Shown: piece after piece, positions 28,712 through 36,742 of the stretch
Position numbering within the stretch: the stretch's first letter is position 1
Layout of the letters: each line of letters opens with the position of its first letter
From: Dehalococcoidia bacterium
GTDB lineage: Bacteria > Chloroflexota > Dehalococcoidia > Lucifugimonadales > JAGWBF01
DNA: 64,000 bases
Assembly: GCA_965226805.1 (NCBI GenBank)
Contig: CBDDDW010000028.1
Location: 398,109-462,108, forward strand
Direction: 5' to 3'
Translations under genes and position numbers: made by a program
Notes under the pieces: generated by a model
What the model was told of the DNA's origin: nothing
Seen by the model: the letters and a program-made list of their open reading frames with translations, nothing else
Databases searched by the model: none

Positions 28712-30201
28712 CCGGCATTAGCGTCTTCCGCTTCCTTCCGTTCCCTTTGGTCGGGGCGCATCAGAAGAGCCGCTGGGATGGCGATCAGGGCAACGACCGC
28801 CGCGACTCGGAAGAATTTGTTGAATAAGGATAGACCGGCGTCCATAAGGGCGGTGTTGTAGGTATCTAGCCTGGTCTGGAACGCATCGGCCGCCTCTCCT
28901 TCCTGGGGCAGGGGCAGCTCCAGCCCTGCCGTAAGGATCTGGAACTGCTCAACACCCCATGCTGCCAGGGCTGCCAGGCCCAGGGCCATCCCGATCATCC
29001 GGGAAACAATGACCAGAGAGGCGACCGTCGCCCGATAGTCCTCGCCTGCCGAACTCAGAGCTCTGGTCATGATCGGCGCATTGTTAAGGCCGAATCCGAA
29101 CCCCGCGATGACCAGGTGCAGGGTCAACCACGGCTCCGCGATGTCCAGCTCCCAGGTGCTAACGAGGAACAGGCCGAGGGCGCTGAGCCCCAAGCCGGCG
29201 ATTGTGACCGGACGGACGCCGATACCCGCCAGCAATAGTCCGCCTATCACCGCGCCCACTGGGATGGCCGCGGTCATTCTCAAGAGCCACCAGGCCCCGG
29301 TCAGAGGGTCTTTGCCCATTACGGTGTCTGCCATTAGTGGTATTGTGACTATAGCGATGATCAGCGATACTCCCTCCAGAAGTTGTGTCAGGTTGGCGGT
29401 CAGGAATGCCCTGGAGTGGAGGAGAGAGCGGGCCAGCAGAGGTTGTAAGGTCCGCCCTTCGAGGAAGATGAAGGATGCCGCGATTCCTAGCGCGGGCACC
29501 CCTAAGATGAACGGCGCCGGTGAAGACACGCTGAACAGTCCCTCACGAGAGAGGGCCAGCGAAAGCAGGATGAGCGTAATTGTCAGGAGGGCGCCGCCCC
29601 TGTAGTCCACGCGTACTCCTGTCTGGCGCTGGTTGGGCAGCCACATGAGAGCGATAAACAAAACGGCGCTTTGGGGCACGTTGAGCCAGAAGATCCAGCG
29701 CCAGCTGAGCCACTCGATTATCGCTCCGCCGTAGGCCGGCCCCAGCATGGAACCCGCTTCAGCAGCCGCGACCACAAGGCCGATGCCTATGCCACGCTGA
29801 TGCCTGGGAAGAACCGCACTGGCGATGGCCATGCTGATGGGAACCGTAGCGCCGCCGCCTATGGCTTGGACCACCCGCGCTCCGACAATCCACCCGAGGT
29901 TGGTCGAGACTGCCACAAGGGAGGTGCCGATGACGAATACTATCAAGGAGGCTTGATAGACTCGAGCGTACCCGTGCACGTCCGCCAGACGACCCATAAG
30001 AGGCATGACAGAGGTGTAGCCCAGGAGGTAGGCAGTGACTATCCATGCGGCCCGGTCTATCTCGGCCACCGGTATCTTGATATCGAACATGATGTTGGGT
30101 AGGGCAGTCACCACGACCGTCTGATCCAGAGCGGTGGTAAAAACCCCGAAGCACACTAAGCCGAGTATCACGGGGGTGGGCAGGCGTCTTGATGATCTCA
30201 T
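28708..30201 (-). CDS. MFS transporter, DHA2/EmrB-like (about 14 TM segments)
   Basis: ..ALDQTVVVTALPNIM..AWIVTAYLLGYTSVMPLMGRLADVHG.., a typical MFS drug:H+ antiporter signature. Confidence 0.85.
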   Translation of the reverse strand: MRSSRRLPTPVILGLVCFGVFTTALDQTVVVTALPNIMFDIKIPVAEIDRAAWIVTAYLLGYTSVMPLMGRLADVHGYARVYQASLIVFVIGTSLVAVSTNLGWIVGARVVQAIGGGATVPISMAIASAVLPRHQRGIGIGLVVAAAEAGSMLGPAYGGAIIEWLSWRWIFWLNVPQSAVLFIALMWLPNQRQTGVRVDYRGGALLTITLILLSLALSREGLFSVSSPAPFILGVPALGIAASFIFLEGRTLQPLLARSLLHSRAFLTANLTQLLEGVSLIIAIVTIPLMADTVMGKDPLTGAWWLLRMTAAIPVGAVIGGLLLAGIGVRPVTIAGLGLSALGLFLVSTWELDIAEPWLTLHLVIAGFGFGLNNAPIMTRALSSAGEDYRATVASLVIVSRMIGMALGLAALAAWGVEQFQILTAGLELPLPQEGEAADAFQTRLDTYNTALMDAGLSLFNKFFRVAAVVALIAIPAALLMRPDQRERKEAEDANAG

Positions 30202-30293
30202 TCTTCTCTCACTGACTGGGGTCGAGTTGCCGCCAACTGAGAGGGCTGGAGGTTCTCAATGGCGACCCAACCGACAGGAGGAATGGTGAGGGC

Positions 30294-31055
30294 CTAGGGC
30301 AGAGAGATGTCTACGGGCTGATCGAAGTTGTATAGAGTAAGAAGTCTTACCACCTGTGGGTCGTCCCTGGAGAGTACCTGGCCCTCTATTCGTGCCTTTC
30401 GCAGCAGGTTGTGTTCCAGGCCAATCCACAGATCGAGTCCGACCTCGAACCCGGGTTCGGCCGTGGGTATGAGTGAGGACAGGCCTTCCGAGGGTACATT
30501 ACCTCGGACCCGCCACGACTCCACACCATCCACTTCCTCCGTGCCGGTGATCCTGGGGTCCTCCAGTGAATCGATGATATCGCCCAATGTCCGCCCCAGG
30601 TCGGCGAAGTTGAACGGAAGAACGTCCGGCTGCACTGGATTCCACTTTTTCCGGTTGATGAAGTCGGTCATGAAAGTCTGGTCCCCCGAGGACACGACCC
30701 TGATCTCTATGAAACCCTTCAAATCCTCGGAAAACGCCACCGATCCTTCGACTCTGATACTGTACCTGTCCGGCATGTCCACCTGACCTTCCACCAAGTT
30801 GAACACCACCAGGGGAGTGGGAATAAGAACCGTGGAGGAGTCGCCTTCATGGGTCAGGCTGAACTCTGCCGTGTCGAGGGCTATCATTCTCTTGGCCGAT
30901 CTCTCGATGATTTCCCGAGGCGATGCGGTGGGAGTCGGCTGTGGGGTGGAGGTCGCCGCCGGCGCCGAGGCGCATCCCAAAATCCATACGTGCGCCAGCA
31001 CAAGCAGGCCGGAAATTAACGAGAGCCTCCAAGGCGTGACTGGACCAGTCTTCAC
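30294..31055 (-). CDS. LppX/LprAFG-like lipoprotein (LprG-like)
   Basis: Lipobox (WILGCAS), a Thr/Pro linker, and a length and pattern resembling the LppX_LprAFG fold. It lies directly upstream of the MFS gene, as in the actinobacterial lprG-p55 pair. Confidence 0.55.
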   Translation of the reverse strand: MKTGPVTPWRLSLISGLLVLAHVWILGCASAPAATSTPQPTPTASPREIIERSAKRMIALDTAEFSLTHEGDSSTVLIPTPLVVFNLVEGQVDMPDRYSIRVEGSVAFSEDLKGFIEIRVVSSGDQTFMTDFINRKKWNPVQPDVLPFNFADLGRTLGDIIDSLEDPRITGTEEVDGVESWRVRGNVPSEGLSSLIPTAEPGFEVGLDLWIGLEHNLLRKARIEGQVLSRDDPQVVRLLTLYNFDQPVDISLP

Positions 31056-31650
31056 GAGGTGCGCCCCCTCGGCGGTCCTATCTGTTCAGCTTGTCTTAGC
31101 TCACGAATAGGGGGGTGGAACTGGTCTCGGCAGCCGGGTTCACCACTCCCGGGAGGGGCGTTCAGCCGTAGCGCGTAGTTCAGCGGATGATCGACCCTTG
31201 TTCCTATTTCCATGACCAGGAAGCGAAGCGGCTCGTCGCGATCTCCCTAGGTACGGTGCTTTCCTTTATGTCCATGACGTACACCTTAAACGCTTCGGGG
31301 GTCGAGCCATTCTGGCTGAGTCCGGTCCCGCCGAGTATCCCGCTAAAGGTTATTTGGGAGCTGTCCGGAGACCACACTGAGTGGGAGTAGGCATACTGAT
31401 CGAAGAAGAAGAGGAGGGTCAAGAATTCGGGCGAGGGCAAGAAATCTACCAGCTCTATTGGTTCCCCTCCGGCCCTGTCCACGTATTTCCAGGTCAATGG
31501 CCGGCGGGTTTCATCGTAGGCAACGTAAACGATCTTGTCTCCGTCTGGAGACCAGAAAAACGAGACGAATTTCTCGTTCAGCAACGTCCTTTGAGCAGTA
31601 CCATCGCTACTAACCACAGTAAGCTTATCAAAGATGGGAGGGCCCGACCT

Positions 31651-31666
31651 GGGGGGGGGGGGGGGG
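31651..31666. repeat. G16 (C16 on the coding strand) homopolymeric tract
   Basis: Counted directly: t(31650), G x16, c(31667). Confidence 0.95.
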
Positions 31667-32511
31667 CTTCGGCCACTGCTACCTCGTCCCTCGTAGGAGA
31701 CCAATGGAACGCCGACGTTTCCTCGATCTTCAGGATGGGCTTGGCCCCTGGCACCCGAGGCTCGGTTTCAGCCAGGTAAATGGCGTTCCCATCTCCACTG
31801 GCGGCGGCATATACCATCTGGCTCCCGTCTCGGTACAAAGCGGGTGCGTTGAATGACAGGTTTGTTTGTGTGAGTTGTCGTGGCAGCTCGAGGCCTTCAC
31901 CAGACCTTGCGGCGAACAGCAGATCGCCTCTTCGGTGGAGGAGGATTCCGTTGCCGTCGCGAGCCCAGCTGAAGTAAAGTGGGCCCTGGCCGGCCACGAA
32001 CACCGGCGCCCATTCTGATTTGCTAGAGCTGAGGTACAGAGCTAGCTCCCTCGGCGTTGACGCAATGAAGGTCAGATGTTCGCTGTCCGGAGACCAGTAC
32101 AGGTAGTGCGGAGCGCCTTGGGCTATAGGGAAGGTATTCGGGTCGTTTTCGTAGACCCTCGTGGTCCTTCCAGTGGAAACGTCTATTACTTCCACTGAGA
32201 ATAGCGTCTCGGCCTCGCCTAGCAGGGTGCGCGACACAGCCAGTTTAGTGCCGTCTGGTGACCATGTGGGCCAGGAGTAAAACACGCGGTTATCGAGCCC
32301 CTGAGCCAGGATGATCCCTCCAGATGATCCAACCCGAAGGTCGGTGGTCGTGAGCCTCTGTGAATCGGTGCCGTCAGGATTTATGGTGAATACGTTACCG
32401 TCGGAGCCTGTGTAGGCGATTCGGTTCACTGCCATACCCCTTTCCTTCTGGGGAGACTTGGACGTGGCTGTAGGTGTGGACTGGTCGGCGACCGGCTGGG
32501 GAAACTCTGGC

Positions 32512-32650
32512 GTAGCAGTAGGAGTAGGCTGGGCAGCGTCCGACTGGGCAGACTTTGGTGTAGCAGTAGGAGTAGGCTGGGTGGTGTCCGACTGGGCCGA
32601 CTTGGACGTAGCCGTAGGGGCGGACTGGGTGGCGTCTGACGGGGTGCCGC
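32512..32650 (-). repeat. 48-bp tandem repeat (about 2.8 copies) encoding a TPTATPKSAQSD(A/T)(A/T)QP linker
   Basis: Units at 32512-32559 and 32560-32607 differ at a few positions. Degenerate copies lie on both sides. Confidence 0.8.
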
Positions 32651-32812
32651 CGGCCCGATCGGCTGCTCGTTGCCTCTCTCCGCAGGCCGGCATAGCCACC
32701 AGGACACCTGCGATCACCAAGAGCAGCGTCGAGAACCGAATAAACGATCTCTTGAGACTGATCAAGTCCGACCTCGGTGCTTAGATAGTGTGCCGGCCCA
32801 GTCTGTCCGATC

Positions 32813-33604
32813 TCAGACTAGCCGGAGCGCCAGGTTAAGACCGGCCGCCGTGAGGGCCAACCCAGAGATGCGAGAAACCCACACGGTATGTGCCAGCCTT
32901 TCCAGCAGTATCACAACCGCGAGACCCGCCATCCACATCAAATTCATGATGCCAAGAGGGAGCATAACCAGCATCAATGCCCAACAGCATCCGAGACAGT
33001 ACCATCCCTGGTTGATTCCCATGTGGAAAGCCCCCGCGTACCCTTCTTGCCAGTCATGCATCACGAAGCTCATGGGATTGCGGCAGTGCGAAAGGCACCG
33101 ATCTTTCCACGGAGTGAGCTGATATAGGCCTGCCCCTATGACAACTAGCGCGCCGACGAGCGCTGCCCCGGTTTGGACGGACGGAAACTGGCCCGCGAGG
33201 GTTTCTAGTCCTAATTTGCTTAAATAACCGGGCACTCCGGATAGGCTCCATAGCACCACGTATCCCGCTACAAAAACCCAAATGGGAACATACGTATGGC
33301 TCGTGGCGCGGCGGCGGCGAGATACGTTCGAAAATGTAATCGCCATGGGGAGGAAGGCGGGTAACATCATGGCCGCCATCATTATGGCCCACATGGGCAA
33401 GAACAGCGACAGATCGCGCCAAAGGGGACGATCCTGAGTGGCCATGGCCAGCGGGTCAATGCCGGTCATGGTCATGGTCCTGGACCTGAAATAAATATCT
33501 GTCCAGGCGAATGCCGCCAGGCCCAGTAGGCACAGGACCAAGATGAGAGTCCCCCATCTCTGGATTGCGAATCCTGGCGGCGCTGGGGTGTCGATCCGGT
33601 ACAT
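32813..33604 (-). CDS. DUF2182-like putative metal-binding integral membrane protein
   Basis: Polytopic and Met-rich (LFLPMWAIMMAAMMLPAFLPM). The family assignment is from memory of that motif. Confidence 0.5.
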   Translation of the reverse strand: MYRIDTPAPPGFAIQRWGTLILVLCLLGLAAFAWTDIYFRSRTMTMTGIDPLAMATQDRPLWRDLSLFLPMWAIMMAAMMLPAFLPMAITFSNVSRRRRATSHTYVPIWVFVAGYVVLWSLSGVPGYLSKLGLETLAGQFPSVQTGAALVGALVVIGAGLYQLTPWKDRCLSHCRNPMSFVMHDWQEGYAGAFHMGINQGWYCLGCCWALMLVMLPLGIMNLMWMAGLAVVILLERLAHTVWVSRISGLALTAAGLNLALRLV

Positions 33605-33721
33605 CGTCGTCTGGATATTATATCATAAGGGCGGCAGCCGAATGACGCGCCCATTCCGGGCTCCGCGTTCGCCGCCTCACACGGTACCTACGACTCCATC
33701 ACATGGCAGTGGCGGCGCGGT

Positions 33722-34003
33722 CTAGAGCAGCCCGTCGATCTTCCCCGCCAGGCGGAAGTCTCGCCGGGTTAGCCCTCCCGCGCTGTGAGTGGTTATCGAC
33801 ATGGTGACCCGGTCATAGCTGATGGCAATATCCGGGTGGTGGTCGATATCTTCGGCGGCATCGGCTACACGGTTGACGAAGGCCATAGCTTCTTTGAAAG
33901 AAGGGAGGCTGAAGTCCCGCCGGATCCGTCGGCCTTCCTGACGCCAGCCCTCAAGCTGCTTCAACCGGTCGTCTATCTCTTCTTGATCTAGTAACGGTGG
34001 CAT
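33722..34003 (-). CDS. 4a-hydroxytetrahydrobiopterin (pterin-4-alpha-carbinolamine) dehydratase
   Basis: ..FKEAMAFVNRVADAAEDIDHHPDIAISYDRVTMSITTHSAGGLT.. Confidence 0.9.
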   Translation of the reverse strand: MPPLLDQEEIDDRLKQLEGWRQEGRRIRRDFSLPSFKEAMAFVNRVADAAEDIDHHPDIAISYDRVTMSITTHSAGGLTRRDFRLAGKIDGLL

Positions 34004-34075
34004 TCTGGAACTAACACGCTCTGCATACTCGGTAGCTTAATGGGTGTGACACTCTAGCTCAGCCGGGGACACGGA

Positions 34076-34600
34076 CTAGTCCTGTAGAGTTCCCGCGCCA
34101 AGACCCGCTCGTTTATGGGCCTGGGCGTTATGGATATAGTTAGCGGTAGGCGCCTCCAGCCTCTTCCGGCTCTCCGGGCTGAGTGCCTTGACCTTTCCAG
34201 GCACTCCCACAACCAGGGATTGGTCCGGTATATTGGCGTTTGCGAGGACCACGGCTCCGGCCCCTATCAGGCAGTAGCTTCCCACTGCGGCTCCTTCCAG
34301 AACTACCGCATTCACTCCGACGAGGACGTTGTTGCCTATCTTGCCACCGTGTATCACCGCGCCATGGGTTACAGAAACATTGTCGCCGATGTCCAGGAAG
34401 TCGTCGGTGTGGATAACGCAGTTGTCCTGAATGACGGAGTTCTTGCCTATGATAATGGACCCGTAGTCGCCCCGAACGACCGCCCCGGGCCACACACTTG
34501 AGTTCTCCCCGATCTCCACGTCTCCGACTATATAGCAAGCCTCGCTGATAAACGCCGACGGGTGAATCCTGGGCGACTTGCCGTCAAACGTGCGAATCAA
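34076..34600 (-). CDS. gamma-class carbonic anhydrase family / hexapeptide-repeat protein (YrdA/PaaY-like)
   Basis: ..VWPGAVVRGDYGSIIIGKNSVIQDNCVIH.. left-handed beta-helix repeats. TTG start preceded by AGGAGG. Confidence 0.9.
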   Translation of the reverse strand: MIRTFDGKSPRIHPSAFISEACYIVGDVEIGENSSVWPGAVVRGDYGSIIIGKNSVIQDNCVIHTDDFLDIGDNVSVTHGAVIHGGKIGNNVLVGVNAVVLEGAAVGSYCLIGAGAVVLANANIPDQSLVVGVPGKVKALSPESRKRLEAPTANYIHNAQAHKRAGLGAGTLQD

Positions 34601-34686
34601 TGATACCTCCTGTCCGGGAGGCCGCAGTCCCTCCTGCGTAGCCCCAGTCGACTGCTACATTCTACCATTGCCGGCCGGAGCCGTGA

Positions 34687-34919
34687 ATCCTGATAACCGT
34701 GTCGATCATAGTCTATCTCGGCGCGGTCGGCCTGGGTCCGGTCGCACGAGTGGCCGCATTCAGCGCCCTTCAACCTTCCGTGATCTTCTTATTCCCCTAG
34801 CATTGGCGAGCCGATTCCCGCCAAGGTTCGGGCACTGGATTGTGAGAAGTACCATCAAGCCTCAGCTCGCCGGCATTGCGGTGGTTACGACGGGCGTCGT
34901 GTTTGTGACCATTGGTTGA
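34687..34919 (+). pseudogene. remnant (last ~78 codons, with one frameshift near 34795) of a DMT/EamA transporter paralog
   Basis: Two frames together read ..AVGLGPVARVAAFSALQPSVIFLFP* / ..LALASRFPPRFGHWIVRSTIKPQLAGIAVVTTGVVFVTIG*. This parallels ..AAISTGPVSLVAGVSSMQPIFVFLLAFGLATMFPANFGDWITKRTIYTQVAGILAISAAVVIMSTQ of the gene ending at 39244. Confidence 0.55.
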
Positions 34920-35090
34920 CGCGACGCACCCAATCTAACGCCTCTGCCACACGGCTCCCGAGTACAGCGTAGAACACAGTCGCGGGGGTCCTTGCGCCGC
35001 CAGTGCTCATTCGCTCAGCCACTCAATGGGCTGTGTTATTATGGGGCGCGATCAACGGAGATTAAATGAATGGTTCGGCAGTAAGAGTCT

Positions 35091-35300
35091 TTGCCCATTT
35101 GGATCCCACTGTCAATTCTTTCGCCCGCGTTGTCGGCAGCGATCAGTATCTTCGACAAATATTTCGTCGACCGCTATTCCTTATACGTCTACCTCTTTTG
35201 GATCGGTGCATTCGAGGTGCTGATGGGGTCGACGTTCACCGGAATCGCTAACTCGGGAGGTCTAGAGTCTCGGACCCTCTGGGGCGGGATACTCACGGGA
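35091..35300 (+). pseudogene. DMT/EamA-family transporter, N-terminal fragment (interrupted by an IS insertion)
   Basis: MPIWIPLSILSPALSAAISIFDKYFVDR..WGGILTG, then the IS terminus TGTTGGG. The reading frame resumes at 38558 after the duplicated CTCACGGGA. Confidence 0.75.
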
Positions 35301-35309
35301 TGTTGGGTG

Positions 35310-36329
35310 TCAGCGGTTTTGGACAGTTCTGGGTCCGAGAGATTGGGGTGAAGAAGCTCCTGGTTTGAGGGTTTCTCTGACCTCCTGATTGTACCGCCTC
35401 CGCCGGTCAAAAGTCTCTCGCTGTACCTCCTTCCTCTGGGCTAGAATTGTCTCCAGACGGCCTTCCAGCACGTCAGCCGGAGTTACAACCCTGAGCGCCT
35501 GATGATATCTTCGGTAGTTGTAGAACTCGACGAAGTCCCGGATGGCCGCCTCCAGGTCTTCCACCACCTCGTATGGCACCTGGTTAATGTCGTCTTTCAG
35601 GGTTCGGTGATATCTCTCCAGCGTCCCGTTGGTCTGAGGGTGATAGGGTGCTGCCAGGACGTGGCGAATGCCCACCACCCGCATGTACTCGCGGAAGGCC
35701 CGCGATACATAACCTGAGCCATTATCTGAGAGGAGCTTGGTCCGATCCTCCAGAGGTACATCAGTCATACCAGTAGAGTCAACAGCTTCCTGGACCACCT
35801 CTATGAGGGAGTTGGCCGTCATGTCCCGTTGCACCTTCCAGGCCAAGATGAACCGGGAGTAGTCGTCCATCACCGTCACGAGGTAGTAGTAGCCCCATCC
35901 CACTACACGGAAGTAGGAGGCATCGGTGGCCCACAGCTGGTGGGGCCCTGTGGTCTTGTGCTGGTACTCTTTGCTCGCTGCCAACTGGTATTCGATCCGT
36001 TTCACCAGACCCTCCCGTCTCAGAATACGATAGACTGTGGAGGCGGAGACCGATAGGCCTCTGTGGTCGGTGAGCGAAGCCGCCAACTGCCGGCTTCGCC
36101 AGGTCGGCATCCCACGGGCTGCCGCCAGCACTACTGCCTCCTCTTCTGGACGCAGGCGATTCCAGGGCCTCTCAGTTCCTTCCGTACCCTCCCAACTACC
36201 CTGCCGGTGCCTCCACCTCCACCAATAATACGTGCTCCTGGAAATGCCAAGCTCCCTGAGTCGCCTGTTCTTCCCTCTACCATGTCGCTCCACCTCAGCC
36301 ACGACCTTCGATTGTTCCACTACGCTCAT
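35310..36329 (-). CDS. IS3-family transposase OrfB (rve/DDE integrase core)
   Basis: ..LWATDASYFRV..YYYLVTVMDDYSRFILAW..LLSDNGSGYVS..YHPQTNGTLERYHRTLK.. It is in the -1 frame relative to OrfA, and that frame is open upstream through the A7 run. Confidence 0.9.
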   Translation of the reverse strand: MSVVEQSKVVAEVERHGRGKNRRLRELGISRSTYYWWRWRHRQGSWEGTEGTERPWNRLRPEEEAVVLAAARGMPTWRSRQLAASLTDHRGLSVSASTVYRILRREGLVKRIEYQLAASKEYQHKTTGPHQLWATDASYFRVVGWGYYYLVTVMDDYSRFILAWKVQRDMTANSLIEVVQEAVDSTGMTDVPLEDRTKLLSDNGSGYVSRAFREYMRVVGIRHVLAAPYHPQTNGTLERYHRTLKDDINQVPYEVVEDLEAAIRDFVEFYNYRRYHQALRVVTPADVLEGRLETILAQRKEVQRETFDRRRRYNQEVRETLKPGASSPQSLGPRTVQNR

Positions 36330-36730
36330 GCGACGGTGCCGTTGTCGTGTAGGGGCGGCAGAGCTGTTTTTTTGAAGCGGTGCAACTCCAGGGACAACTC
36401 ACCCACCAGCTGCTTCAGTTCTCTGTTCTCCCGCTTGAGCTGCTCTATCTCTTGCCGGGTCGCATCACGCACACTGTCCCGAGTCAACCTCTCCTTCCCA
36501 GCTTCCATGAACCCCTTCGTCCAGGCGTAGTAGGAGTGGGGTTTGATTCCTTCCCGTCGGCACAGGTCATTAACGGTAGTCTCCCGTCTGAACCCCTCCA
36601 AGACGATGCGGATCTTCTCTTCAGGGGTATACTTACGGCGGGTCGCTGCACGGACCTGACGCACGAAGCTTCGTGTCTCCTGGCTTCGCTCCTCAGCTTG
36701 GCTGGCCTGATCCTCTACCTGGGTCATCAA
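36326..36730 (-). CDS. IS3-family transposase OrfA (HTH plus leucine zipper)
   Basis: ..RRKYTPEEKIRIVLEGFRRETTVNDLCRREGIKPHSYYAWTK..IEQLKRENRELKQLVGELSLEL. The A7 slippery run is at 36367-36373. AAGGAG precedes the ATG. Confidence 0.85.
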   Translation of the reverse strand: MMTQVEDQASQAEERSQETRSFVRQVRAATRRKYTPEEKIRIVLEGFRRETTVNDLCRREGIKPHSYYAWTKGFMEAGKERLTRDSVRDATRQEIEQLKRENRELKQLVGELSLELHRFKKTALPPLHDNGTVA

Positions 36731-36742
36731 TGACTCCTTTCA

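Larger units (their letters stand above)
31204..32765 (-). pseudogene. TolB-like PD40 beta-propeller lipoprotein gene, split into two ORFs (31578..32765 and 31204..31704) by a poly-G/C tract
   Basis: Both ORFs carry WSPDG-type repeats (YWSPDSEHLTF, FHWSPTRDEVAV / FFWSPDGDKIVYV, SVWSPDSSQITF). The frames switch exactly at the 16-nt homopolymer. A C17 or C14 tract would fuse them. Confidence 0.75.

Noticed and set aside
32460-32650. A direct-repeat array that might look like a mini CRISPR.
   Set aside because: The 48-bp units are contiguous with no spacers. They lie inside a coding region and encode a repetitive linker. No cas genes are nearby.
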